DNA of 64,000 nucleotides from Dehalococcoidia bacterium (GTDB lineage Bacteria; Chloroflexota; Dehalococcoidia; Lucifugimonadales; UBA3495): contig JAJEIA010000034.1 of assembly GCA_022823505.1 (NCBI GenBank), positions 15,492-79,491 of the forward strand. Reading direction: 5' to 3'. This document shows, piece after piece, positions 46,170 to 58,449 of the stretch. Position 1 is the stretch's first letter. Each line of letters opens with the position of its first letter. Under the pieces are notes generated by a model. The model saw only the letters and a program-made list of their open reading frames with translations. It did not search any database and was not told where the DNA came from. A program made the translations under genes and the position numbers.

Positions 46170-47306
46170 ATGCCCGACCCGGAACGCGCTCCGACCCAAA
46201 CCGCCATCGTCGCGGTGTCCCGGCCGGGGGCGGCCCTGGCTCGCCGGTTGGCGTCGAAAATGCCCGACGCCACTCTGTACGTGCAGCGGCGGAGCGCAGA
46301 CGGCGACTCAAGCGACGGCGGCGGGACACAGATATACGACTTTCCCCTGCGCCCGGTGATCCAGGAACTGTTTGCCCGGCATCGCGAGTTGGTGGTCTTC
46401 CTGCCCGTTGGCGCCGCCGTGCGGCTGCTGGCCCCCGTGCTGGGTAGCAAGAACCAGGACCCGGCGGTGGTCTGTGTGGACGATGCCGGACGCTACGCGG
46501 TGAGCGTATTGTCCGGTCACGTCGGTGGGGCTGATGCCCTGGCCCACCGCGTCGCGGACGCCATCGGAGCGCAGCCTATCGTCACCTCCGCATCCGACAC
46601 GCTCGCGGTGACTCCCATCGATCTGGTGGGCCGCGATGCGGGATGGCGGGTGGAAGCGACTCCCACCGACCTGACCCGCACGGCGGCGGCCGTGGTCAAC
46701 GGCGACCTGGTGGCCTTGTGGATCGATCCAGTAACCGGCGCCGGGTGGCCCGACGACACCCTGCTGTCGGAAAATATCATCCCCGTGACCTACCTGTCCG
46801 GAATGCGGGACCCCAGGTACGCGGCGGCCCTCATTGTGTCGGACCGGCTGTTTGCGCTGGAATCGAGTCGGCCTCTGGTCACCTACCGTCCGCCGACACT
46901 GGTGGCGGGAGTGGGCTGCCGGCGGGGAGTGCCGGAAGACCACCTGCGCGAATTGACGCTCCGCACCATGGAAGAGCACGGTCTGGCAGCCCTGAGCCTC
47001 GCGAAAATCGCCACGGCCGACATCAAGGCCGACGAAGCCGGCATCATCGCCCTGGCCGAAACCCTCTCCGTGCCCATTGAGACCTTCGACGGCGCTCGGC
47101 TGAACGCGGTGGCAGACCAGGACGACGCGGACGTGAGCGCGTCCCACCTGCATCGGCCCACGGCATCCGCGGCGCGGGACCTGCTGGGGGTGTTCGGGGT
47201 CGCCGAGCCGGCCGCCATGCTGGCCTCCGGAGCAGACGGCGTGATCGTCCCCCGCGCCAAATCCGACCGTGCTACGATAGCCATAGCGCGTATTCCATCG
47301 TCGTAG
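46170..47306 (+). CDS. cbiG: Cobalt-precorrin-5A hydrolase
   Basis: 378 aa with a three-part CbiG layout, including ...LVAGVGCRRG... in the C-terminal domain. Confidence 0.85.
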   Translation: MPDPERAPTQTAIVAVSRPGAALARRLASKMPDATLYVQRRSADGDSSDGGGTQIYDFPLRPVIQELFARHRELVVFLPVGAAVRLLAPVLGSKNQDPAVVCVDDAGRYAVSVLSGHVGGADALAHRVADAIGAQPIVTSASDTLAVTPIDLVGRDAGWRVEATPTDLTRTAAAVVNGDLVALWIDPVTGAGWPDDTLLSENIIPVTYLSGMRDPRYAAALIVSDRLFALESSRPLVTYRPPTLVAGVGCRRGVPEDHLRELTLRTMEEHGLAALSLAKIATADIKADEAGIIALAETLSVPIETFDGARLNAVADQDDADVSASHLHRPTASAARDLLGVFGVAEPAAMLASGADGVIVPRAKSDRATIAIARIPSS

Positions 47307-47327
47307 CGACACGCGCCGGATGAGCAT

Positions 47328-47747
47328 ATGAACGAAAAGGAAACCAGGCTGCCGGGCAAGGCATTGCTGGCAGAGGCAGAGCGGCAAATATCCCTGGGCA
47401 ATTATCACAACGGCTCCGGGCTAGTATGGCGGGCCGCCATGGCGGCGCTGTCCGCCGTAGCAATGCAGCATGGTTTGCCCTGCCGTAACCGAGAAGAAGC
47501 CCGGCAGGTTGCCAGGCATCTGGACGGCGTAGCAGATTCGACAGAACGACAGGACGGCTTGGCTCGTCATAGGAACTACTTGGCATTCGGAACAGCCGAC
47601 TCGTTCCGCGAACATAACGAAGAACTCCATGAGTTGGTGTACACCGAACTCCTATGGGAGCCTGACGAGTACGCTGTATATCTCGACTCAGTACAATGGT
47701 GGATTGACTCACTGCACCGCCAACTTAAAGAGGGCAAAGCGGTATGA
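47328..47747 (+). CDS. Helical hypothetical protein A with an R-x6-H motif (HEPN/PaREP1-like?)
   Basis: 139 aa. LLAEAERQISLGNYHNGSGLVWRAAMAALSAVA... and FREHNEELHELVYTELLWEPDEY. It is paralogous to the next gene, and GC is lower than in the cbi genes. Confidence 0.5.
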   Translation: MNEKETRLPGKALLAEAERQISLGNYHNGSGLVWRAAMAALSAVAMQHGLPCRNREEARQVARHLDGVADSTERQDGLARHRNYLAFGTADSFREHNEELHELVYTELLWEPDEYAVYLDSVQWWIDSLHRQLKEGKAV

Positions 47748-48121
47748 ACGGCGTCCGACACGCCGCCATATCGCAGATGCTGGTTGAGACTGCGGAGACG
47801 TTGGCGCAGCCTCCCCGAACTGCACTGGCCGCTGGCGAATTGCTATGGGGCGCCGCTTGCCATGGATTGGCCGCCGCCGAACAGCATCCGGACGCCCCCC
47901 ACCGACAGCCACGTACGAGACGAGAACTGGTGTACGTCATTGACCACTTGCCCATCGGTCAGCAGGTGCAACACTATTTGCGCGACGGCTTGCGCGCAAC
48001 CCAGCGGAGATTGCACGACAACTTTTACACGGGCAGGCTGAGTGATGACGAACTGGCGTATGAAATCCGCGTCGGTGTCGATTTTGTCAGAGATTTGCTG
48101 CATATCTCGAACCGTTCGTAG
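47744..48121 (+). CDS. Helical hypothetical protein B with an R-x6-H motif (HEPN/PaREP1-like?)
   Basis: 125 aa. MLVETAETLAQP...AAGELLWGAACHGLAAA... and LRATQRRLHDNFYTGRLSDDELAY. Its ATG overlaps the stop of gene A (ATGA). Confidence 0.5.
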   Translation: MNGVRHAAISQMLVETAETLAQPPRTALAAGELLWGAACHGLAAAEQHPDAPHRQPRTRRELVYVIDHLPIGQQVQHYLRDGLRATQRRLHDNFYTGRLSDDELAYEIRVGVDFVRDLLHISNRS

Positions 48122-48164
48122 GCAACGGCTCACCGTCTCGCCTGTTGGCGATGTCATCGAATAA

Positions 48165-48941
48165 TTGCGATCGGGAGTACCTGTGAACACTGGCAAAATT
48201 TATCTCGTAGGCCTTGGGCCCGGCGATGCCGGACACCTGACGCCGGCCGCCGCCGCCGCCATCGCCGACAGCGACGAGCTGGTCGGGTACCGCTACTACA
48301 TCGAGCAGGTGGCCGAACCGGCATCCGGCAAAACGCTGCACAGCATGGAGCTGGGCCAGGAGTTGGAGCGTGCCGCCCTGGCGGTGGACATCGCCTATTC
48401 GGGAAAAACGGTGGCGGTGGTGTCGTCCGGCGACGCCGGCATTTACGGCATGGCCGGCCCGGTGTACCGCGTCCTGACCGACCGTGATTGGAACGGAGCG
48501 GAACCCGCCGTGGAGTCGGTTCCCGGAGTGTCGGCGCTGCAGTCCGCAGCGGCACTGCTGGGCTCTCCACTGATGCAGGACTTCTGTGCCATCAGCCTGA
48601 GCAACCTGCTCACCCCGTGGGAGCAGATCCGGCGCCGGCTCGAGGCCGCCGCGGCCGGCGACTTTGTTGCGGCCCTATACAACCCGCGCAGCCGTCGACG
48701 TACCAGCCAGCTCGACGAGGCACGGGAGATCTTCCTGCAGCACCGGGCTCCCGGCACCCCGGTGGGCATCGTGCGCCACGCCTACCGGCCGGAACAGGCG
48801 GTGGGCCTTGCCGACCTGGGCGGGCTGGACGGGGAGGTTCTGGGCGTGGACATGTTCACCACCGTCGTGATCGGCAATTCCAACACCTACGTCCACAACG
48901 GCCGCATGGTCACCCCCCGGGGCTACGAAGTGAAACAGTAG
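48165..48941 (+). CDS. cbiH: Precorrin-3B / cobalt-factor-III C17-methyltransferase
   Basis: GKIYLVGLGPGDAGHLTPAA...VVSSGDAGIYGMAG... is the CbiH/CobJ pattern. The true start may be the GTG at 48183. Confidence 0.9.
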   Translation: MRSGVPVNTGKIYLVGLGPGDAGHLTPAAAAAIADSDELVGYRYYIEQVAEPASGKTLHSMELGQELERAALAVDIAYSGKTVAVVSSGDAGIYGMAGPVYRVLTDRDWNGAEPAVESVPGVSALQSAAALLGSPLMQDFCAISLSNLLTPWEQIRRRLEAAAAGDFVAALYNPRSRRRTSQLDEAREIFLQHRAPGTPVGIVRHAYRPEQAVGLADLGGLDGEVLGVDMFTTVVIGNSNTYVHNGRMVTPRGYEVKQ

Positions 48942-48986
48942 CCGGGTTGTCAGCGCCCCGGACGGCGTCGGAGCGCGGCGGGATAC

Positions 48987-48995
48987 TGGTATACT
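48987..48995 (+). promoter_or_regulatory. Extended -10 element (TGGTATACT) upstream of the aldolase gene
   Basis: The same 9-mer as at 37181-37189, lying about 30 nt upstream of the start at 49027. Confidence 0.3.
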
Positions 48996-49026
48996 GCCGC
49001 GAACCCACTCTGCAGGAGGACCAACC

Positions 49027-49773
49027 GTGGCAGCGATACGTGCGAACCGGGTCAAGGACAAGTTGCGGCAGGGGCAGCCGGCTACCTGCATCTCCGGCCT
49101 GATGACCAGCGAGATCATCGACTTTCTTGGCCCCCTGGGCTTTGACTCCGCCTGGATGGAGTGCGAGCACGGCCCGGTGGACTGGGAAGCCCTGGGCGAC
49201 ATGACGCGGGCCTGCGACCTGTGGGGCATGGCGTCGATCACGCGCTGCAACGCCAACGACGCTGCCCTGATCACCCGCACGCTGGACCGCGGCTCCATGG
49301 GCATAGTGCTGCCGCACGTGAACACGCGCGAGGAAGCGGAGGCGGCCGTGGGCGCGGCCAAGTTCGCCCCCCTGGGTTACCGGGGCATGTTCGGCGGCCG
49401 GCAGTCCTTTGGCGTACCCGACTACGTTCACCAGGCCAACGACCAGACCCTGGTGGTAGTCCTGATCGAAGAGGTCACCGCGCTGGACAACCTGGACGAG
49501 ATACTGAAGGTCGACGGCGTCGACGTGTTCTTCGTAGCGCCCACCGACCTGTCCCAGACCATGGGCCACATCGGCAACGTGGGGCATCCGGAAGTCCAGT
49601 CGGCCATCGACGATGCCATCGCACGCATCGTGGGCGCCGGGCGCACGGCCGGCACCCTGGTCAACGACGATAACGTGGCATCGTACGTGGACAAGGGCGC
49701 CCGTTTCCTGATGACCTCATGGAACGCCTGGGTCGCCCGCGGTGGCGCCGAGTTCCTGAACCGGATACCGTAA
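49027..49773 (+). CDS. HpcH/HpaI-family aldolase
   Basis: 248 aa. ...DSAWMECEHGP...ITRCNANDAALITRTLDRGSMGIVLPHVNT...VVLIEE...VFFVAPTDLS is the class II aldolase (HpcH/HpaI) pattern. Confidence 0.85.
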   Translation: MAAIRANRVKDKLRQGQPATCISGLMTSEIIDFLGPLGFDSAWMECEHGPVDWEALGDMTRACDLWGMASITRCNANDAALITRTLDRGSMGIVLPHVNTREEAEAAVGAAKFAPLGYRGMFGGRQSFGVPDYVHQANDQTLVVVLIEEVTALDNLDEILKVDGVDVFFVAPTDLSQTMGHIGNVGHPEVQSAIDDAIARIVGAGRTAGTLVNDDNVASYVDKGARFLMTSWNAWVARGGAEFLNRIP

Positions 49774-49834
49774 CCGGCAGCAAGAGGGCGGGTTCCAAGC
49801 CCGCCCTCTTTTGATTCCAGCCGTGCGATGCCAG

Positions 49835-50800
49835 TTACTGGGTGGCGTTGGCGATGGCCTCCGTCCTGGGCTCGCCGCCGTGGTCGACGTCCCAGTCCCA
49901 CAGGTCGGCGTGGAAGCCAGACAGGCTCTCCGACAGGGTGTTGATGAAGTTGCGCACGCCCCGGCCGTGGAACTTGCCGCGCAGCGTGCATACGCCGATG
50001 TTGGCCGATGGGAAGATGTGGTCGAGGCGCACCACCGCCAGACGGTCGTGGTCCTCCGGGTGCAGGGTGAAGTCGCTGATTATGGCGATGCCCATGCCAA
50101 TCGCCACGTAGCGCTTGATCATCTCGGTGTTGTCCATCTCCAGGACCACGTCGTAGTTGACGCTGCCCTCCCGGAGTTTTTGCTCCACCCGACGGCGGCT
50201 GAGGCTCTCCGGGCTGTTCAGGATCAGCGGAAACTTGGCCATATCTTCGATTGTTACGGGATCACGGTGCAGCAGGGCGTGGCTCGGCTCGGTGATCAGC
50301 ACCACGTTGTAATCGAATAGCTCTGCGAACTCCAGGGACGGATCGTCGGTCGGGGGAGCGGAGCACAGCGCCAGATCCACCTCGCCCGACTTCACCAGTT
50401 GGATCAGGTTGGCGTACGAGCGGGCGACCAGCCGCATCCTCACGTCGGGGTAACGCGAGCGAAACTGGCGGATCGGCCTGGGCAGATGGTACGAAACAAT
50501 GTCCGGGTATGCTCCAACCACGAAAGAGCCGCGCCCTTCCGAGTAGTCCATCTGCGTTTTCAGGGTATCGATGGACTCCACGATGGGGGTCACCAGTTCG
50601 TAGAACAGCGAACCCTCGGAAGTGAGCTGTATGGGCCGCTTGATGCGGTCAAAGAGCGTAATGCCGAACTCGCTCTCCAGTTTCCTCAGGTGGGTGGTTA
50701 CCGTGGGCTGCCCCAGTTCCAGCTTTCGCGCCGCTTTGGAAACGCTCCGCAGCCTGGCGACATGGTAAAAGCTGATGATCTCTCGCAGTTCCATTGACAC
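49835..50800 (-). CDS. LysR-family transcriptional regulator
   Basis: An N-terminal wHTH (FYHVARLRSVSKAARKLELGQPTVTTHLRKLE) plus a LysR substrate-binding domain. Confidence 0.9.
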   Translation of the reverse strand: MSMELREIISFYHVARLRSVSKAARKLELGQPTVTTHLRKLESEFGITLFDRIKRPIQLTSEGSLFYELVTPIVESIDTLKTQMDYSEGRGSFVVGAYPDIVSYHLPRPIRQFRSRYPDVRMRLVARSYANLIQLVKSGEVDLALCSAPPTDDPSLEFAELFDYNVVLITEPSHALLHRDPVTIEDMAKFPLILNSPESLSRRRVEQKLREGSVNYDVVLEMDNTEMIKRYVAIGMGIAIISDFTLHPEDHDRLAVVRLDHIFPSANIGVCTLRGKFHGRGVRNFINTLSESLSGFHADLWDWDVDHGGEPRTEAIANATQ

Positions 50801-51138
50801 TACACCTTGGTGGTCCGCGTGTTACGCCCGGCGATTCCGCAATATGAGCGATATACTATATCACCGGAGCGGATAATGCAAACCCATAATCGTTGTCAAC
50901 CCGTGGCGCGACCGGAACAAACCCCCGGGCCGGCCATCACGCCAACCGCGCGGTTCTGCGTTCGTGACGCCCGAAACGTATCGCCGGCGACGATAGCCGG
51001 ATGCGGCCCGTATGTCTTGACAAAATATCGGGTCAAACCGCAGAATATGCCGCACTTGCGGGCAGTCGATGGGCCGTGCCGGTCGTCGTGTTGGTGGATA
51101 TCCGACCACGATTTATCGCCCGTGGCCGAGGTAGTCTG

Positions 51139-51378
51139 ATGGCATTCGTTATTACACAACCTTGCGAGGGAGTGAAGGACGCCTCGTGCGTCGAAGTTTG
51201 CCCCGTGGATTGTATCCACTCCGACGATGACGCACCCATGTACTACATCAATCCCGACGACTGCATCGATTGCGCTTACTGCGTCGCAGTCTGCCCGGTG
51301 CAGGCCATTTTCGACGAGTTCACGGTTCCGGCCAACCAACGCGAATACGTCCGCAAGAACCGGCTTTACTTCTCATAG
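51139..51378 (+). CDS. fdxA: 7Fe-type ferredoxin (3Fe-4S + 4Fe-4S)
   Basis: MAFVITQPCEGVKDASCVEVCPVDCIH...CIDCAYCVAVCPVQAI shows the Cys spacing of FdxA-type ferredoxins. The start is at the internal ATG of track ORF 51001..51378. Confidence 0.85.
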   Translation: MAFVITQPCEGVKDASCVEVCPVDCIHSDDDAPMYYINPDDCIDCAYCVAVCPVQAIFDEFTVPANQREYVRKNRLYFS

Positions 51379-51413
51379 CGCCGCCGAATCCTCCTCAGGC
51401 TGCCCACTCCGCC

Positions 51414-52367
51414 ATGGCACGTTTTCTCACCGATGCAGACGTAAACCAGTGTGTCGGCTTGCCCGACATGCTGTCGGCCATCGAGTCGATGATGGCAAAC
51501 TACGGTCGCGGCGAGGCCGTCAACATGACCCGCCGCAAGATCAACACGCCCAGCGGCTATCTGGCGGTCATGGGCGGCGGGCTTTTCTATGACGGCGTGT
51601 TCGGCGTCAAAACGTTCACCTTCACGGCCAATGGCTACTCGTTCCAGGTGAGCCTCTACGACGCCACTTCGGGACAGCTGATCCTCTACACGCAGGCCAA
51701 CAGGCTGGGACAGCTCCGTACCGGCGCCACCACCGGGGCGGCCCTCCGCATGCTGTCCAACCCCGACGTTCCCCGGCTTGGCATCGTGGGAACCGGCAAC
51801 CAGGCCGGCGACCAGCTCCGCGCCGCCTGTGCAGTGCGCGACGTGGGGGAGATCTACGCCTACAGCCGCAATCCCGAAAACCGCCAGTCCTTTGCCGCCC
51901 GCATGAGCGAGGAACTGGGTCGGCCGGTGATCCCTGCCGAGAACAACCGGGACGCGGCGGATGACTGCGCGGTGGTCATCGGCATTGCTCCGGCCGTCAC
52001 CCCGGTGATTCAGGGCGAATGGCTGGCTGAAGGCGCCACCGTAATCGGGGCCGGTCCGACCCGTCCCACCAGCCTCGAGGTGGACGACGCCGTGCTGACC
52101 AGGGCCGGCAGCCTGTTCGTCGACTCCATGGAACAGGCGCCCCTGGAGTGCGGCGACATCAATGCTGCCGTGGACCGGGGACTGGTGCGCTGGAGCCAAT
52201 TCCACGAACTGCGCCATGTGGCAGCCGGGCTGGTTCCCGGCAGGAACAGCGCCGGCGAGATCGTTTACTGCAAACTGATGGGCACCGGCCTTGCCGACGT
52301 CGCGGCCGCCAAACTGGCTCTGGACCGCGCCGAGGAACAGGGCGTTGGGGTCCAGGTGGACTGGTAA
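51414..52367 (+). CDS. Ornithine cyclodeaminase / mu-crystallin family protein
   Basis: MARFLTDADVNQCV...LGIVGTGNQAGDQL... is an OCD/mu-crystallin Rossmann pattern; about 317 aa. Confidence 0.85.
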   Translation: MARFLTDADVNQCVGLPDMLSAIESMMANYGRGEAVNMTRRKINTPSGYLAVMGGGLFYDGVFGVKTFTFTANGYSFQVSLYDATSGQLILYTQANRLGQLRTGATTGAALRMLSNPDVPRLGIVGTGNQAGDQLRAACAVRDVGEIYAYSRNPENRQSFAARMSEELGRPVIPAENNRDAADDCAVVIGIAPAVTPVIQGEWLAEGATVIGAGPTRPTSLEVDDAVLTRAGSLFVDSMEQAPLECGDINAAVDRGLVRWSQFHELRHVAAGLVPGRNSAGEIVYCKLMGTGLADVAAAKLALDRAEEQGVGVQVDW

Positions 52368-52402
52368 CCCGCCCTATCAGCGCCCGCGTCAACCCCGGTG
52401 GG

Positions 52403-55738
<3,336 letters not shown>

Positions 55739-55791
55739 ATCAGTAAGATACCTTTATTCTATGTAACGCGGATGTTGCATCCGGTGCCGTT

Positions 55792-56475
55792 CTAAACTGC
55801 CGTCTGCTCTGACGACCCGAAAGGCAGGCCCACAAAGCGACGGCTGAATTGCTCGGTGCGGGTGATACTGGTGCCCAAAACCGCCGTTCGCCCGGTGACC
55901 TGCGGAACCATGTCGATTCTTTCCATCTGCCGCTCGATTGACGCTATTTTCCGGTGAAGGCGGACAAGGTAAAGGGACTGAACGGCGATGAGTGTGCCCA
56001 AGACGAGAGAAATCACGGCTATGGGCGTGAAGTACAGAATGACACCGTGGTCGACAATTTTGTATGTCAACGCTGTGTACAAAAGGCAGCTCGTGAATGC
56101 GCCACACACGCACATCGTGAAATAGAAACTGCCTGCCACCACGCGGGCCGCGATAGATGCACGCCTCGCGTCGTCGGCACCCAGTTCTCCGATGCTTGGT
56201 GCAACCGGTAAAAGGGACAAGACGCCGTCTGCTCGTGTTTCTATCAGCGCGATCCAAGCAACGTAGCCGCGCATCAGCAGCTGGTACAGATGGATAGCCA
56301 GCCAGCACCCCACGGCGATAGACAGAAAACCCGAGATTCCCATTGCTGTGGCCAAGTCCAAAGACTCGCCCAGATTGGCGGTGCCGAGCGCAAGCCCGCA
56401 AAGGGCGGCAATCACTATCGTCCAATTCGAAAGCGGCAGGGTTTTCCTGACCGATTTCCATCCTTGCGTCAACAC
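55792..56475 (-). CDS. Polytopic membrane protein, unknown function
   Basis: 227 aa with about 5 TM helices, then a helical charged tail (LVRLHRKIASIERQMERID). GC is lower than in carB. It starts 3 nt after the preceding small membrane gene. Confidence 0.5.
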   Translation of the reverse strand: MLTQGWKSVRKTLPLSNWTIVIAALCGLALGTANLGESLDLATAMGISGFLSIAVGCWLAIHLYQLLMRGYVAWIALIETRADGVLSLLPVAPSIGELGADDARRASIAARVVAGSFYFTMCVCGAFTSCLLYTALTYKIVDHGVILYFTPIAVISLVLGTLIAVQSLYLVRLHRKIASIERQMERIDMVPQVTGRTAVLGTSITRTEQFSRRFVGLPFGSSEQTAV

Positions 56476-56478
56476 GGT

Positions 56479-56763
56479 TCATTCCTCAGACTGACTCAGA
56501 AAAGTTTTAGCCGCGACTACCGCTTCCCAAGTGACGATGACTGCGCCGGTAATTGCCCAAACAACGGCACAACCAACCAGCGTAACGTCCAACACCAAGC
56601 TGATGACATTGTGCGTTTGTGTACCCGGTTCGATGGAAAAACCGATGATCCATTCTAGCAGAAGACCGGAAAGTACCAGAATTACCGCCATCATCAGCGA
56701 CGTTAAGAAGGTCATTGCAGCCAATGCGACTCGGCGCAGCGCTGCGGATAGTTCTTCTCTCAT
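56479..56763 (-). CDS. Small membrane protein (2-3 TM), unknown function
   Basis: 94 aa with hydrophobic segments MTFLTSLMMAVILVLSGLLL and ISLVLDVTLVGCAVVWAITGAVIV. GC is lower than in the flanks. Confidence 0.45.
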   Translation of the reverse strand: MREELSAALRRVALAAMTFLTSLMMAVILVLSGLLLEWIIGFSIEPGTQTHNVISLVLDVTLVGCAVVWAITGAVIVTWEAVVAAKTFLSQSEE

Positions 56764-56826
56764 CGCAAGGCTTTGCGCCGGCCTGTGGTTTGATGCTTTC
56801 CGGGTTCGCCTGCCGCGTGGTGGTGT

Positions 56827-57252
56827 TCAGGAAAAACGGGGCATGGACCCGGGGAGTTCCATGAGGTTTCGCTCGGTGAGCGCGTTGATCATCTGGAAGA
56901 TGAACGCGCCGAAAAAGGCCCCCTCAGCGTCGAAGTGGGCCAGGTCAATGCCGCCCTCCGGGGTGCGGGGCGGTATCACAAAGTCGGTGGCCTCGGGCCC
57001 GGCGTTGATGGCGTGGACGAAACCCACCGGCTCGTCGCTGATAGGCTGGCCGGTGGCTGCATCCGTCACCTTGACGGCCAGTTCCCAGCGGGCGCCCAGT
57101 TGTCCGCGGCTCACCGCCGCCAGCAGGTAGCCGTGGCCGTCGTGTGAAAAGGTGGACACGGTCTCTTCCAGCAACCCCAACGTCTCGTTCAGGCTGATGG
57201 GTAGCTGGGTCTCGATGCCCTGTTCCAGGAGGAAGGCGGTAAATCCGGTCAT
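56827..57252 (-). CDS. Soluble hypothetical protein
   Basis: 141 aa with no motif I recognise. Its composition is coding-like, and it lies 66 nt downstream of carA on the same strand. Confidence 0.5.
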   Translation of the reverse strand: MTGFTAFLLEQGIETQLPISLNETLGLLEETVSTFSHDGHGYLLAAVSRGQLGARWELAVKVTDAATGQPISDEPVGFVHAINAGPEATDFVIPPRTPEGGIDLAHFDAEGAFFGAFIFQMINALTERNLMELPGSMPRFS

Positions 57253-57318
57253 TGGATGGGTGCTCCGGTCAACACGGGTGCTCCAGTCAAAGTGGTTGGG
57301 CGAAATCGAAATGGAACG

Positions 57319-58449
57319 TTACACCACCCGCCCCGCCGGCTTGGCGTCGTCCACCATGGCCAGGAAGCGGTCGAAGAGGTATTCGTTGTCCCGGGGGCCG
57401 GGGGACGCCTCGGAGTGGTACTGGATGGTGAACAGCGGCATTTCCCGGTGGCGCAGGCCCTCGACGGTATAGTCGTTCAGGTTGATGTGGGACACTTCGA
57501 GGCCGGGGGGCAGGTTATCGGCGGAGACGGCGTAGCCGTGGTTCTGCGCGGTGATGTGCACCTGCTCGGTGAGCAGGTCCTTGACGGGATGGTTGCCGCC
57601 CCGGTGCCCGAACTTGAGCTTGTAGGTGCCGGCTCCCAGCGCGCGGGCCGCCAGTTGATGCCCCAGGCAGATGCCCATGATGGGAACCCGGCCGATCAGC
57701 CGGCCCAGGTTTTCCACGATGTTGCCCAGGAGTACGGGATCTCCCGGGCCGGGCGACAGCAACACGCCGTTGGGCTGCATGGCCAGCAGGTCCTCGGCCG
57801 GCGTGTAGGCCGGCACCGTGATCACCTCGCAACCCCGACTCTGCAGCAGACGCAGGATGTTGTACTTGACCCCAGCGTCGGTGACCAGGATACGGCGGAC
57901 GCCGGCCGGCGGGGGCGTCGTCGGGTAGCCCTCCTGCTCGCCGTGGTCCCAGGCGTAGGCGTTTGGCGTGGTGACCGTGCTCACCAGGTCCAGGTCATCG
58001 TAGCGGGGTATCTCGGCCAGACGCCGCAGGGCGCGGTCCGGATCGTCGGCGGTGATCAAACCGGTCATCACGCCTCGGGTACGAATACGTCGCGTAAGTG
58101 CCCGGGTGTCCACGCCGCTGATGCCGGGGATGTTGTACTCCCACAGGAAGGCGTCCAGGGTCATGTCGCTGGAGGCGTGGCTGGGCAGGTCGCAGTGCTG
58201 TCGCACGATGAGGGCCGAAACCTGAATTCGCCGGGATTCGAAGTCCCGGCGATTGATGCCGTAGTTGCCCACCAACGGATAGGTGAGCGCGACCATCTGG
58301 CCAGCGTATGAGGGGTCGGTCAGCACCTCCTGGTAACCGGTCATGGTGGTGTTGAAAACCACCTCGCCCCAGCCGTCCCGCTGCGCTCCGAATGACTCGC
58401 CGGTGAAGACGGATCCGTCCTCCAGCGCCAGGTGTACCGGACGGGTCAT
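57319..58449 (-). CDS. carA: Carbamoyl-phosphate synthase small (glutaminase) subunit
   Basis: A CPSase small-chain N-domain plus GATase with PIMGICLGHQL and a later HRGGNHP. Confidence 0.95.
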   Translation of the reverse strand: MTRPVHLALEDGSVFTGESFGAQRDGWGEVVFNTTMTGYQEVLTDPSYAGQMVALTYPLVGNYGINRRDFESRRIQVSALIVRQHCDLPSHASSDMTLDAFLWEYNIPGISGVDTRALTRRIRTRGVMTGLITADDPDRALRRLAEIPRYDDLDLVSTVTTPNAYAWDHGEQEGYPTTPPPAGVRRILVTDAGVKYNILRLLQSRGCEVITVPAYTPAEDLLAMQPNGVLLSPGPGDPVLLGNIVENLGRLIGRVPIMGICLGHQLAARALGAGTYKLKFGHRGGNHPVKDLLTEQVHITAQNHGYAVSADNLPPGLEVSHINLNDYTVEGLRHREMPLFTIQYHSEASPGPRDNEYLFDRFLAMVDDAKPAGRVV

